A stretch of DNA of 38,665 nt. Source: a virus. Lineage: Duplodnaviria > Caudoviricetes. Where the stretch lies: IMG/VR virus record IMGVR_UViG_3300034084_000027, positions 1-38,665 of that record; one strand, 5' to 3'. This document shows positions 16,728-25,996 of the stretch, one piece after another. Under the pieces are notes generated by a model. It did not search any database. It was not told the origin of the DNA and saw nothing but the letters and a program-made list of their open reading frames with translations. Position 1 is the first letter of the stretch. Every line of letters begins with the position of its first letter. Made by a program: the position numbers and the translations under genes.

Positions 16728-17771
16728 ATGTCAGAGGAAAACGGGAACCCTACCGGAAACGGCGCAAGTACCATTGAGCGGCTGGAAAACTTTCTCACAG
16801 CAGAGGAAGCCCCAGCCAAAATAGAACCGGCAGAACCAGCCGAGCCGGAAGCAGCAAAAGAAGAAGGGTCCGAGGTTGAACCCCAGGCAAGCGATGATGG
16901 CGCAGATGTAGAAGGGCCGCAGATCACCACCGACGATCTCTCCGCGCTTCTTGGTGTCGATGCAAGCATGTTCGCCGCTGACGAAGACGGAAACGTAGTA
17001 ATCAAGACGAAGATCGACGGGAAGGAAGGATCAGCCAAGCTCAACGACATTCTGGCCGCCTACCAATTGCGGGGGCATGTAGACAACCAGAGCCGGGAAG
17101 TCGCAGAGAAGAAGAAAGCACTTGATGCACAGGCCGCCGAGTTTCAACAGCGTGCGGTGGAAAAGCTGCAAGAGGTTGACGATATTGCCAGCCTTGCCCA
17201 TCAGGAATTGATGCGCGAGTTTCAGGCGGTAAACTGGCAGGAGTTAAGGCAGTACGAGCCAGCAGAGTATGCGGCGAAACTGGCTGACTTCCAGATGCGC
17301 CAAGGCAACCTCAATGCGGCGTTGCAAAAAGTGCAGCTAGAGCGGCAAAGAATCGCTGAACAGAACCAGACGCAGGAACAAGCACTATTGGCGGCAGAAG
17401 CGGCCAAGATGAGAGCGCAGATTCCTGGTTGGTCTGATGATGTCGTGGCCGCGAAAGAATGGGCAGAGCTGGAAGCACATGTCCAGAAAGACCTTGCAGC
17501 ATGGGGAGAGCAGCCGGAAGGGCTGAACGTGGTCAAAAAGGCGTTCCATATCAATCTTCTGCGCAAGGCGATGTTGTACGACAAGATGATGGAAAGCAAG
17601 GCCGGTGTGGAGAAAAAGGTGCGTATTGCGCCGAAACTCGTCAAGCCCGGGCAAGCGGCATCAGCGCAAGATGGAAAGACAAGAGAGTTCACCAACCTAC
17701 GTTCAATAATCAAAAAATCAGGCGGTAAGCAGGGAATCAGAGAATTCCTGATTGCCTCCGGTAAAGTTTAG
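16728..17771 (+). CDS. Capsid scaffolding protein
   Basis: Acidic disordered N-terminus, KIDGKE motif, coiled coil, basic C-terminus; directly before the MCP. Confidence 0.85.
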   Translation: MSEENGNPTGNGASTIERLENFLTAEEAPAKIEPAEPAEPEAAKEEGSEVEPQASDDGADVEGPQITTDDLSALLGVDASMFAADEDGNVVIKTKIDGKEGSAKLNDILAAYQLRGHVDNQSREVAEKKKALDAQAAEFQQRAVEKLQEVDDIASLAHQELMREFQAVNWQELRQYEPAEYAAKLADFQMRQGNLNAALQKVQLERQRIAEQNQTQEQALLAAEAAKMRAQIPGWSDDVVAAKEWAELEAHVQKDLAAWGEQPEGLNVVKKAFHINLLRKAMLYDKMMESKAGVEKKVRIAPKLVKPGQAASAQDGKTREFTNLRSIIKKSGGKQGIREFLIASGKV

Positions 17772-17782
17772 GAGCATTAACC

Positions 17783-18730
17783 ATGGCACAGCCAGCAGAT
17801 ACTTTTTCAAGCTATGATGCAGTCGGCAACCGGGAAGACCTTTCCGACATCATCTATGACATTTCCCCGGCAGACACCCCGTTTTTGTCTGCCATCCCCA
17901 AAACCAGCATGACCGGGACTAAACATGAGTGGCAGAAGCACAGCCTTACCGCCGCCAGCGATACAAACTTTGTGATAGAGGGTGACGACGCAACCACCGA
18001 CGCAAGCACCGCGACCTCTCGGATTTACAACTACCGTGCCATTTCCGATAAGGTTGCCCGTGTAACCGGGACGCAGGAGGCAGTTTCTAAGGCAGGCCGA
18101 AAGTCTGAAATGGCCTTCCAGATGGAAGCACGAATGAAGGAGCTAAAGCGGGACGTTGAAAAAATCCTGCTTGCCAATAACGCATACGTGGCTGGTAACG
18201 ATACTTTGGCCGCAGAATGTGCAGGCGCGCAGGCTTGGATTCTGACCAACTCCGACAAGGCATCCGATGCGGTTGCTTCCGCTGGTAACGGTTCGGATGC
18301 GCATACCGATGGAACCGCGCGGGCCTTGCAGGAGTCTTTTGTTGAGTCCGTACTGGCCTCTGCTTGGACCAACGGCGGCAACCCGACCATGGGCGTGCTG
18401 AACGCATTCCAGAAGCGGAAATTTGCTACCTTCTCCGGTTCTGGAACCACGACCCGCGATGCAGATACCAAGAAGGTGATCAACACCGTGGACGTGTATA
18501 TCGACCCGTTGGGCAACGAGGTAACTCTTGTTCCTTGTCGGCAGTGTCCTACCGATGTTGTGTACTTCATGGACCCTGAGTATGTGAAATTCGCAACCCT
18601 TCGGGATTTCCATACTGTTGCACTGGCAAAGACCGGCGACAGCGAGCGGAAGCAGATTTTGGTAGAGTACACCCTCGAAATGTGTACTGAGGCCGCACAT
18701 GCAGCCGTGTACGACCTGACCGTATCTTAA
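17783..18730 (+). CDS. Major capsid protein (SU10/DUF5309-like)
   Basis: GNREDLSDIIYDISPADTPF...HEWQ...EGDDA...KELKRDVE...LAKTGDSE....EYTLE. Confidence 0.92.
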   Translation: MAQPADTFSSYDAVGNREDLSDIIYDISPADTPFLSAIPKTSMTGTKHEWQKHSLTAASDTNFVIEGDDATTDASTATSRIYNYRAISDKVARVTGTQEAVSKAGRKSEMAFQMEARMKELKRDVEKILLANNAYVAGNDTLAAECAGAQAWILTNSDKASDAVASAGNGSDAHTDGTARALQESFVESVLASAWTNGGNPTMGVLNAFQKRKFATFSGSGTTTRDADTKKVINTVDVYIDPLGNEVTLVPCRQCPTDVVYFMDPEYVKFATLRDFHTVALAKTGDSERKQILVEYTLEMCTEAAHAAVYDLTVS

Positions 18731-18738
18731 CCAGTAAC

Positions 18739-18760
18739 GGGGGCTTCGGCCCCCCCTTAA
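18739..18760 (+). terminator. UUCG hairpin after MCP (weak terminator or stabiliser)
   Basis: GGGGGC-TTCG-GCCCCC with a poor U-tract. Confidence 0.55.
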
Positions 18761-18775
18761 CAGAGGGTAAAAACA

Positions 18776-19726
18776 ATGTCTTTTAAATGGATTCAGAACA
18801 CGGACGGAAGCACGTCTCTGCTGAATCTGATTACCGGCGTGACTGTGGTCTCAATCAGCGCGGCAGATGTTATCGCACTGAATGCCACTTCTGTAGTCAT
18901 GACCCGCGAGGCAATCGCCGCAGCGGGATCGGCAGCATCAGACGCAGCAGTATTGACAAAACAATGTAATGCAGTAACCGCAGCAGACGGGACCAAGGGC
19001 GTGGCTCTCCCGGCAGCGGCAACCACCACCGGCCCTATTTTTATTGTAAACACCGTAACCACGGCAGCCTTGAAGGTCTACCCCGTAAATGGCGGGAATG
19101 ATAACATCAATGCGCTTGCGGAAGATGCCGCATTCACGATGGGGCCGGGCAAGTCCGCATGGTTTACCCCTGTCTCCGCTACTCAGTGGTGGGTAGATGA
19201 TGCTTCGGCTATCGCGACCACCACCACCGAGGCGAATATCCTTGATGGCGTTGTTGCCACGGCAGTAGAGCTGAACCGGACCTGTGATGTTTCGACGCGG
19301 ATTGTCAACTGCACCACGGCAACCCTGGCCGTAACGGAAGCGGATCACTCCGGCAAGACCATCGTGCTTGACAGGGCTGCTGGTATCGCGGTTACTCTCC
19401 CTGCCGCAGCATCAGGTTTGAAGTTCCGGTTTATCGTCAAAACCACCTTCACCTCTGCCGCCAGTATCAAGTCGGTTGCAGGGGCGGATATTATGATCGG
19501 CTATGCCATTATGGGCAACGACTCCGACAACACTATTGTGCGGTGGCCGGTAGTTGCTGGCGATACGGCAGACACCATCGACTTGCTCGGAACCTCGAAC
19601 AGCACGGGCGGTCTTGCTGGTCAGGAGATTGAGATTGAGGGCTTGGCCGCAAATCTCTGGTTTGTGAAGATTGTTGGTGACGCTGCCGGAACTGAAGCAA
19701 CCCCTTTCACTAACACTGTAGCGTAA
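18776..19726 (+). CDS. Virion structural protein (head decoration/fibre-like)
   Basis: A/T/G-rich with two related 'V.LPAAA...F.FIV' beta domains; follows the MCP. Confidence 0.7.
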   Translation: MSFKWIQNTDGSTSLLNLITGVTVVSISAADVIALNATSVVMTREAIAAAGSAASDAAVLTKQCNAVTAADGTKGVALPAAATTTGPIFIVNTVTTAALKVYPVNGGNDNINALAEDAAFTMGPGKSAWFTPVSATQWWVDDASAIATTTTEANILDGVVATAVELNRTCDVSTRIVNCTTATLAVTEADHSGKTIVLDRAAGIAVTLPAAASGLKFRFIVKTTFTSAASIKSVAGADIMIGYAIMGNDSDNTIVRWPVVAGDTADTIDLLGTSNSTGGLAGQEIEIEGLAANLWFVKIVGDAAGTEATPFTNTVA

Positions 19727-19731
19727 TAACG

Positions 19732-19755
19732 GGTGGCCCTTCGGGGCCACTTTTT
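19732..19755 (+). terminator. Rho-independent terminator
   Basis: GGTGGCCC-TTCG-GGGCCAC-TTTTT. Confidence 0.8.
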
Positions 19756-19765
19756 AAAGGGACCA

Positions 19766-20299
19766 ATGAGCTACAAGCTGACGCAGAATGACGAGACATT
19801 GAGCATCGTCAACAACGAGAACGGGGAGACTGTTTTCTCTTTCCTCCCCGATTCCGGGTTGCTGTATGCCATTTCGCCAAAGACCGGGCTTACCAAAGAC
19901 GGGGGGCTGGCTGTCAAGCTGACCAACAAGACAGGATCAGATTCGGTGCGGGGATATTGCGTAACATCAACATCTGCGGCAGATAATGCCGTTGCGCTTG
20001 TCCCTGTTGGCGTACCGAACTGCATAGGGGTATTTCTCGAGAGCGGGGTTGCTGACGGAGAAGAGGCGTGGGTGGTTGTTTCTGGGGTGGCAGAGGTTTA
20101 TTTCTGGGACAGCACCACACGGGGGCAGCTTGCAAGAACAGGCATTGCATCTGATACCGGGGAAATATCTGGGCAGGCATTAAGCGAGGCAATCCCAGAG
20201 GCTCCATTTGCGACTGACAAGCATTTTTGCGAAATAGGCCACGTCCTCGAAACAAGGACAGGTGCGGGATTGGCGAAGTGCGTTTTGCATTTTAATTAA
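19766..20299 (+). CDS. Virion structural protein (capsid cement/decoration-like)
   Basis: NKTG..SVRG.CV...IGVFLESGVADGEEAWVVVSGVAEV...EIGHVLE beta-clip-like pattern. Confidence 0.65.
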   Translation: MSYKLTQNDETLSIVNNENGETVFSFLPDSGLLYAISPKTGLTKDGGLAVKLTNKTGSDSVRGYCVTSTSAADNAVALVPVGVPNCIGVFLESGVADGEEAWVVVSGVAEVYFWDSTTRGQLARTGIASDTGEISGQALSEAIPEAPFATDKHFCEIGHVLETRTGAGLAKCVLHFN

Positions 20300-20310
20300 A
20301 AGGAAAGACC

Positions 20311-20667
20311 ATGAAAAACCATCAGGAAATTTTTGCAAGCGCAGCGAGGACGGCGACAACTAGCGCGACGATCCCATGCAAGACCATAGGCGGGTTGATT
20401 TTCATCAACTGCACGGCGGTAACGGCAAGCCCCTCCGTGGTGTTCACTGTTGCCGGGGTGTCGCCTAGCGGCAGCGCAGAGTATACCATCTTGGCATCGG
20501 CAGCAATTACCGGAACCGGGCTAACCGTATTGCGGATTCATCCGAGCCTGACGGCGGCGGCAAACACCATCGCCAAAGACATTCTCCCGGCTGCGTTGAA
20601 AATAACGGCAACCCATGCAGATACGGACAGCATCACATACTCTGTTTCTTTTGTGGGGGTAGAGTAA
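20311..20667 (+). CDS. Small beta-sandwich virion protein
   Basis: ASAARTAT...YTILASAAITGTG..VLRIHP...SITYSVS. Confidence 0.65.
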   Translation: MKNHQEIFASAARTATTSATIPCKTIGGLIFINCTAVTASPSVVFTVAGVSPSGSAEYTILASAAITGTGLTVLRIHPSLTAAANTIAKDILPAALKITATHADTDSITYSVSFVGVE

Positions 20668-20990
20668 TGCTGCAAGAGACAAGCTATTATGACGAGCAGG
20701 AAGACAAGCTAATTGTCAAGACGAGCTACGACAATAGCGAGGTTCTCAAGGCAAACTCCGAAGATAGAAACGCAAAGCCGGAAAACTTTGGCAAATACAA
20801 GGGTACGCTAAGTCATGTTGGCTCAATCCACATGGGAGACGTGGTGAGGCTGAAAAATCTTGGGTACAACCTTCTCTCCCCAGATGTGGACGAGAAGCGG
20901 CGGGCATTGTGCTACATCCAAAACAACGAGCCATACCTTTTGACCGTTAGCGGGAAGCCTTTTGCAAGGACGAGAAACAAATGGGCCTAA
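20667..20990 (+). CDS. Conserved hypothetical structural-module protein
   Basis: ...VLKAN...HVGSI...; coupled to neighbours. Confidence 0.65.
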   Translation: MLQETSYYDEQEDKLIVKTSYDNSEVLKANSEDRNAKPENFGKYKGTLSHVGSIHMGDVVRLKNLGYNLLSPDVDEKRRALCYIQNNEPYLLTVSGKPFARTRNKWA

Positions 20991-21523
20991 AGGTTGCCAT
21001 TATCGGGCTTTCTCCGTCCACGCACGACCAAGCACCGTGGGACGATCACTCTTGGGAAAAGTGGGGGTTGCCGTGGGATACAGCATGGCCTCGCATGGAT
21101 CGTCTTTTCGAGATGCACGATATTAGGCTTTTGGAAAGCGAACACAGCAAACGACCAGAAGGATATATTGACCGACTGAAAGAGTCTTTTTCCCCTGTTT
21201 ACATGCAGGAAGAATATTTTCCAAGCGCAACAAAGTACCCTTTTGAGATTGCGAGGTATTACAACTCTTCTGTTGCGTATGCAATGGCCCTTGCAATCCA
21301 TGAGGGCGCGGAAGAGATAGGCCTTTGGGGTATCGACATGGCAGATGGAGAGGAATACACCTACCAGCGGCCAAACATGGAATATCTCATAGGGCTTGCA
21401 GAAGGGAAGGGAATCAAGGTCCATATCCCCAAAGAATCGCACCTCTGCCGGTTTGCCGGAGAGGGGATAAAGTTTTACAACCACAATCCGGTTTATGTTG
21501 ACCGCTACGGGTGGCTTGGATGA
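20981..21523 (+). CDS. Rossmann-like putative glycosyltransferase (sialyltransferase/MptE-like fold)
   Basis: KVAIIG.SPS...SSVAYAMALAIHEGAEEIGLWGIDM...EY.YQRP. Confidence 0.55.
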   Translation: MGLKVAIIGLSPSTHDQAPWDDHSWEKWGLPWDTAWPRMDRLFEMHDIRLLESEHSKRPEGYIDRLKESFSPVYMQEEYFPSATKYPFEIARYYNSSVAYAMALAIHEGAEEIGLWGIDMADGEEYTYQRPNMEYLIGLAEGKGIKVHIPKESHLCRFAGEGIKFYNHNPVYVDRYGWLG

Positions 21524-22131
21524 GTCTCAATTCTTATACCACGATCAAAACAGCGGTTGGTACTTGGCTGGACAGATCAGACCTCGCCGGGGTTATCCCA
21601 GATTTGGTTTGCTTAGGTGAGGCCAGAATATATCGAGATTTGCGGATTGCAGCAATGGAAACGGCTATCTCCACCGCGATCACGGCAGGGGTTGTGGCGG
21701 TTCCTTCCGGCTATATCGAAATGAAGCACCTGTATGTAGACGGTGCGCCTGTCCAGAAGCTACAGAGAAAAACCGCAGAGTGGATTTACACGAACTATCC
21801 TACCCGCTCGTCAGACTCCAAGCCGTTGTTCTTTGCAAGAGAGGGCGGGGACTTTATCTTCGGCCCGTACTCGGACAGCACATACACCGTGAAGGGCAGC
21901 TATTATAAGCGGCTTGACGCGCTTTCCGCGAGCAACGAGACGAACTGGTTTACCGCAAATGCTCCAGAGCTTGTGCTGTTTGCCGCCCTGTCAGAAGCAG
22001 AGCCGTATCTGGGCAATGATCCACGGGCCATTCTTTGGAAAGCAAAATATGACGATGTGAAAAATGCTGTGCAGCAGCAAGACAACAACGAGGAGTTTTC
22101 AGGTTCTATCTTACAGGTAACAGCAGCATGA
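21520..22131 (+). CDS. Head-to-tail adaptor (tail tubular A-like)
   Basis: Y..IK.AV..WLDRSDL...IP..V.L.EARI.RDLR...P.F...FGP.SD..Y.....YY...NW....P...L...L.EA.PYL.ND.R...W. Confidence 0.8.
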   Translation: MSLNSYTTIKTAVGTWLDRSDLAGVIPDLVCLGEARIYRDLRIAAMETAISTAITAGVVAVPSGYIEMKHLYVDGAPVQKLQRKTAEWIYTNYPTRSSDSKPLFFAREGGDFIFGPYSDSTYTVKGSYYKRLDALSASNETNWFTANAPELVLFAALSEAEPYLGNDPRAILWKAKYDDVKNAVQQQDNNEEFSGSILQVTAA

Positions 22132-23603
22132 TAAAGTTTGGAGAATATCTCCCAGACCTCCCGGCGCATGAAAATCCGGGCGCAACTGTGGCAAACAATG
22201 TTGTGCCGCATGGAGACAGCTATAAGCAGTTTTCAGGGTTGTCCGTTTTCTCCGGCGCATTGTCTGCCAGATGCCAAGGGGCTGTATCTGGGCGTGACAA
22301 CGGTGGTAACGTGTACCTTTTCGCCGGAGACGTATCGAAGCTGTACAAGATAGACACTACCACATGGGGAGACGTTTCCGTGGTAGGCGGGTACACATGC
22401 GCCCCCGACAGCAACTGGAATTTCGCACAATGGGGTGAGCAGATTCTCGCCACACAGATAGCCGATCCGATACAAACCTTTACGATAGGGACCAGCTCGG
22501 CATTTGCCGATCTCGCCGCCTCTGCGCCAAAGGCAAGGTATATCGGAGTAGTAAGGGATTTCGTGGTTGTGGGAAACACGGACGATGTATCTGATGGGGC
22601 TGTTCCTTTCAGGGTTCGCTGGTCTGCTATTGGCGACCCCACAGACTGGACTGTCTCGGCTACAACTCAGGCTGATTTTCAAGACCTCAACTCTGCCAAT
22701 GGGTGGGTTAACGGGATTGTCGGCGGGGAGTATGGGATTATCTTCCAAGAACGTGCTATCACCCGCATGACGTATGTTGGTAGCCCATCAGTGTTCCAGT
22801 TTGACGAAATAGAGTCTGGATATGGGACCAATGCGCCGGGTTCAATCTGTAAGATCGGGACAATGACGGCATATCTTGGTGAAGACGGGTTTTACGTGTT
22901 TGACGGCACAAGCTCAACGCCCATTAGCCACAATATGGTCTCTAAGTCATTTTATAATGACCTCGATCAGTCCTATATGCACAGGATATACGCTGTTGTG
23001 GACCCTATAAACCAAGTGATCTTCTGGGCATATCCTGGGGCTTCCAATGTGTCTGGAAATCCCAATAAGGTGATAATGTTCAACTATGCGCAAAGCTCAA
23101 AGAAAAGATGGTCAACCGCGGAGATAACTCTGGAGATAATCGCGAGGCTTGCATTGCCTACAAGCTATACGCTTGATTCGCTCGATACTGTTTCTTCAAG
23201 CCTTGACGCCTTGGAGTTTTCTCTAGATTCGAGGGCGTGGATTGATAACTCAATATCCCTTACTGCGTTTAACACTGACCATAAGCTGTGCCTTTTTACT
23301 GGAACGGCCCTTGATGCGACTATTGAGACAGGGGAAGTCGAGATAATTGAGGGCAAAAGGACAAGATTATCACGGATAAGGCCGATGATCGACGGCGGCT
23401 CCACAGTCACCATGCAGATAGGGGCTAGGAACGCACTGACAGAAAGTGTCACATGGGGGACAGAAACAGCGGTAAACACCACCGGAGACGTAGAAACCAG
23501 AAGCAACGCCAGATACCATCGGGCGAGAGTTAAAGTTTCTGGAGGGTTTTCCCATGCTCAGGGTGTTGCCATTGTTGAGTTTGCCGAGGGCGGGAAACGA
23601 TGA
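22128..23603 (+). CDS. Tail nozzle / packaged-DNA stabilisation protein (tubular B, P22 gp10-like position)
   Basis: FGEYLPD N-terminus; beta-propeller-like; RVRWSAIGDPTDW. Confidence 0.8.
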   Translation: MIKFGEYLPDLPAHENPGATVANNVVPHGDSYKQFSGLSVFSGALSARCQGAVSGRDNGGNVYLFAGDVSKLYKIDTTTWGDVSVVGGYTCAPDSNWNFAQWGEQILATQIADPIQTFTIGTSSAFADLAASAPKARYIGVVRDFVVVGNTDDVSDGAVPFRVRWSAIGDPTDWTVSATTQADFQDLNSANGWVNGIVGGEYGIIFQERAITRMTYVGSPSVFQFDEIESGYGTNAPGSICKIGTMTAYLGEDGFYVFDGTSSTPISHNMVSKSFYNDLDQSYMHRIYAVVDPINQVIFWAYPGASNVSGNPNKVIMFNYAQSSKKRWSTAEITLEIIARLALPTSYTLDSLDTVSSSLDALEFSLDSRAWIDNSISLTAFNTDHKLCLFTGTALDATIETGEVEIIEGKRTRLSRIRPMIDGGSTVTMQIGARNALTESVTWGTETAVNTTGDVETRSNARYHRARVKVSGGFSHAQGVAIVEFAEGGKR

Positions 23604-23932
23604 GCTTCCTTAAGGCGATAGAGACACATACAAACCCGCTGGAGTGGTGCAAGCAGCTTGCCAAGAAGATCAACGCGGTGATGGATGGAAAGACGAATAA
23701 CACCGCAACTATAACTTTGACGGCGAACAGCGCGACAACCACTGTCACCTTTGCAGAGGGGCGTGTCGGGGCTGACACTGTCCTTACTTTCACCCCGATC
23801 ACGGCGAATGCGGCTGGGGCGTTGTCTGGCCTGTATGTCTCCGGGCGTGATGTTGCGGCGAAAACCGTGACCTTGACCCATGCGAATACGGCGACAAACG
23901 ATAGAACCTTCTCCTGTGTGCTGGTGGGTTAA
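23600..23932 (+). CDS. Small tail protein
   Basis: IN..MDGK.NNT..ITL.A...TT...P.TANAA...TLTHAN....R.F..V.VG. Confidence 0.65.
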   Translation: MSFLKAIETHTNPLEWCKQLAKKINAVMDGKTNNTATITLTANSATTTVTFAEGRVGADTVLTFTPITANAAGALSGLYVSGRDVAAKTVTLTHANTATNDRTFSCVLVG

Positions 23933-24507
23933 TGGAAAGAATTGTGCCATATATGGTTGTTGACGGGATACCCAATATCCCTGATTCCGACCTTGCATGG
24001 TTATATCTAAGCCTTGTCGCTGAGGGGTTAGAGAAAAAAGCGTTTTATGACGGTTCTGTTCAATGTGCCTCCGATTTCGTCAGGCTGTTTAAAAGTCCGG
24101 GCCAGCTACTTTTCGTAGTTATGCGCGGAGAAACAATTGTAATGATTAGCTGGCTTAACTCATTGGAAGGGAAAAGGGTTCGGGCGAATTTTTCCATGTT
24201 CAAGCAGGGGTTCGGTAAGGACTCTTTCGAGGTAGGCAAAAGAGTGATAGATCACTATCTGTCACTATCCGGGCCTGACGGGTTTTTATTTGATGTAATT
24301 TATGGGGTTACACCAACCTCTAATAAGCTGGCGTGCAAATATGTTAAAAAAATAATGAATGTCTCGGCAATCATCCCAAACTTTTGCTTTAACTATTGGG
24401 ATAAAACAACATCGGATGGCTTGATAACTTATACGTCACGAAAAGCAGATATAGGTGTGAGCGCAGCGGAACCAAACGCCTCTTTTTCAGGGGAGTGTGG
24501 GAAATAA
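23932..24507 (+). CDS. GNAT-like protein (T7 gp13/P22 gp14-like position)
   Basis: ...RANFSMFK..FG...IYGVTPTSNKLAC...; AT-rich. Confidence 0.6.
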   Translation: MERIVPYMVVDGIPNIPDSDLAWLYLSLVAEGLEKKAFYDGSVQCASDFVRLFKSPGQLLFVVMRGETIVMISWLNSLEGKRVRANFSMFKQGFGKDSFEVGKRVIDHYLSLSGPDGFLFDVIYGVTPTSNKLACKYVKKIMNVSAIIPNFCFNYWDKTTSDGLITYTSRKADIGVSAAEPNASFSGECGK

Positions 24508-25106
24508 TGGGTATCGAGCAACTAGCGGAAGCTCTTGCAATGTGTGACGGGATGGTGGTGACACCAGAGTTGTCTATGCAAATACTTTCGTACTCGTCCC
24601 ATACTCCTGAGAATGTTGAATATCTAGCAGATACAGATTTTCCAGAAAAGGAATATCAGGGATACACAGTAAAGCTAACAAAGATGGCAGATCACCTTGA
24701 AGAAATAGAGTACTTACACAGAACGCAGTGGGATGAAATAGAGGAACATCGCCCACCTTTATCGCCAGATTATAACAGATTTTTGAGTCTGGAAAAAAGC
24801 GGAGGGTTTGTTCAGGTTGGAGTTTTTTTAAAAGAGAAAATGGTGGGCGGGTGCGGGTTCTTTGTATACCCATCAATTCATACGCAATTGATGGTCGCAG
24901 AAGAAAGCGCATTATATCTATTGCCAGAACACAGGAAAGGGATGCTCGCTTTGGTATTGATGCGATACTGCAAAAACTTTTTCCAAAAAATAGGGGTCTC
25001 CGAAGTGACAGCAACAGTTAAATCATATGCGAACACCGGAAAAATGTTGAAGCGTCTTGGCTTTAGGCAGACAGACTCCGTTTATCTTTTAACAATGGGG
25101 GCATAA
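24507..25106 (+). CDS. GNAT-family acetyltransferase
   Basis: LYLLPEHRKG acetyl-CoA-binding motif and LKRLGF. Confidence 0.8.
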   Translation: MGIEQLAEALAMCDGMVVTPELSMQILSYSSHTPENVEYLADTDFPEKEYQGYTVKLTKMADHLEEIEYLHRTQWDEIEEHRPPLSPDYNRFLSLEKSGGFVQVGVFLKEKMVGGCGFFVYPSIHTQLMVAEESALYLLPEHRKGMLALVLMRYCKNFFQKIGVSEVTATVKSYANTGKMLKRLGFRQTDSVYLLTMGA

Positions 25107-25108
25107 TT

Positions 25109-25960
25109 ATGTGTTCAGGCGGCGGTGGTGGCGGGGCAACTTCCACCCAAACAGTGACAAAATCCGACCCATGGGAAGGACAGCAGCCATATTTGCAAGA
25201 TGTTTTTGCTAATGCAAGGAACCAGTATAAAACGAGAAATTACTTCCCCGGCTCAACAGTAACGCCTTTCGCAACAGAGACAGAGCAAGCACTGGCGATG
25301 CAAGCGGATAGGGCAAGGTCTGGTTCTCCGCTGATGGCCGCAGGAAACAGGCTGCTTACAGACACCATGGAAGGTGACTATCTAAACAGCAATCCGTACA
25401 TTGACACGGCTGTAAACCGCGCATTGGGGAAAGTGAGGGGAAGCCTTGACAGCCAATTTGCAAAGGGTGGGCGGTATGGTTCAGGACTGCACCAAACCGC
25501 GCTTGCCGGGGCATACGGTGACACAGCGGCAAGCATGTACGGCCAAAATTACGAGTCAGAAAGAGACAGACAAACACAGGGGATGTTGTTTGCGCCTCAG
25601 ATGGCAAATCAGGATTATGTGGATGCGCAACAGCTTGCTTCGGTGGGCAGCGCGAGAGAGGGCATGGCGCAGGCCAATCTGAACGACCAGTTGAACAGGT
25701 GGAACTTCGACCAGAATAAGCAAGACGATGCATTGGCGCGGTATAGCCAGCTTATCCAAGGAAATTACGGGCAATCTGGATCAAGCACAAGCACTTCCCC
25801 GACAAATACCAATTCAGCAGCCAGCGGATTAGGTGGGGCGTTATCTGGCGCGATGCTTGGGGGCAGCTTGTATGCTTCTGGGTTGATTCCCTCCGCTCTC
25901 ATGTCCAGCGGCATGGCGACCGGGTTGGGTGCGCTTGGTGGGCTGGCTCTATTATCGTGA
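25109..25960 (+). CDS. Internal virion/DNA ejection protein (pilot-like)
   Basis: Gly-rich N-terminus, PWEGQQPYL, NPY, Q/A-rich, Gly-rich hydrophobic C-terminus. Confidence 0.75.
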   Translation: MCSGGGGGGATSTQTVTKSDPWEGQQPYLQDVFANARNQYKTRNYFPGSTVTPFATETEQALAMQADRARSGSPLMAAGNRLLTDTMEGDYLNSNPYIDTAVNRALGKVRGSLDSQFAKGGRYGSGLHQTALAGAYGDTAASMYGQNYESERDRQTQGMLFAPQMANQDYVDAQQLASVGSAREGMAQANLNDQLNRWNFDQNKQDDALARYSQLIQGNYGQSGSSTSTSPTNTNSAASGLGGALSGAMLGGSLYASGLIPSALMSSGMATGLGALGGLALLS

Positions 25961-25996
25961 GAATAAAAACCTTGGCAAATTACGGGAGGCCTTAGA

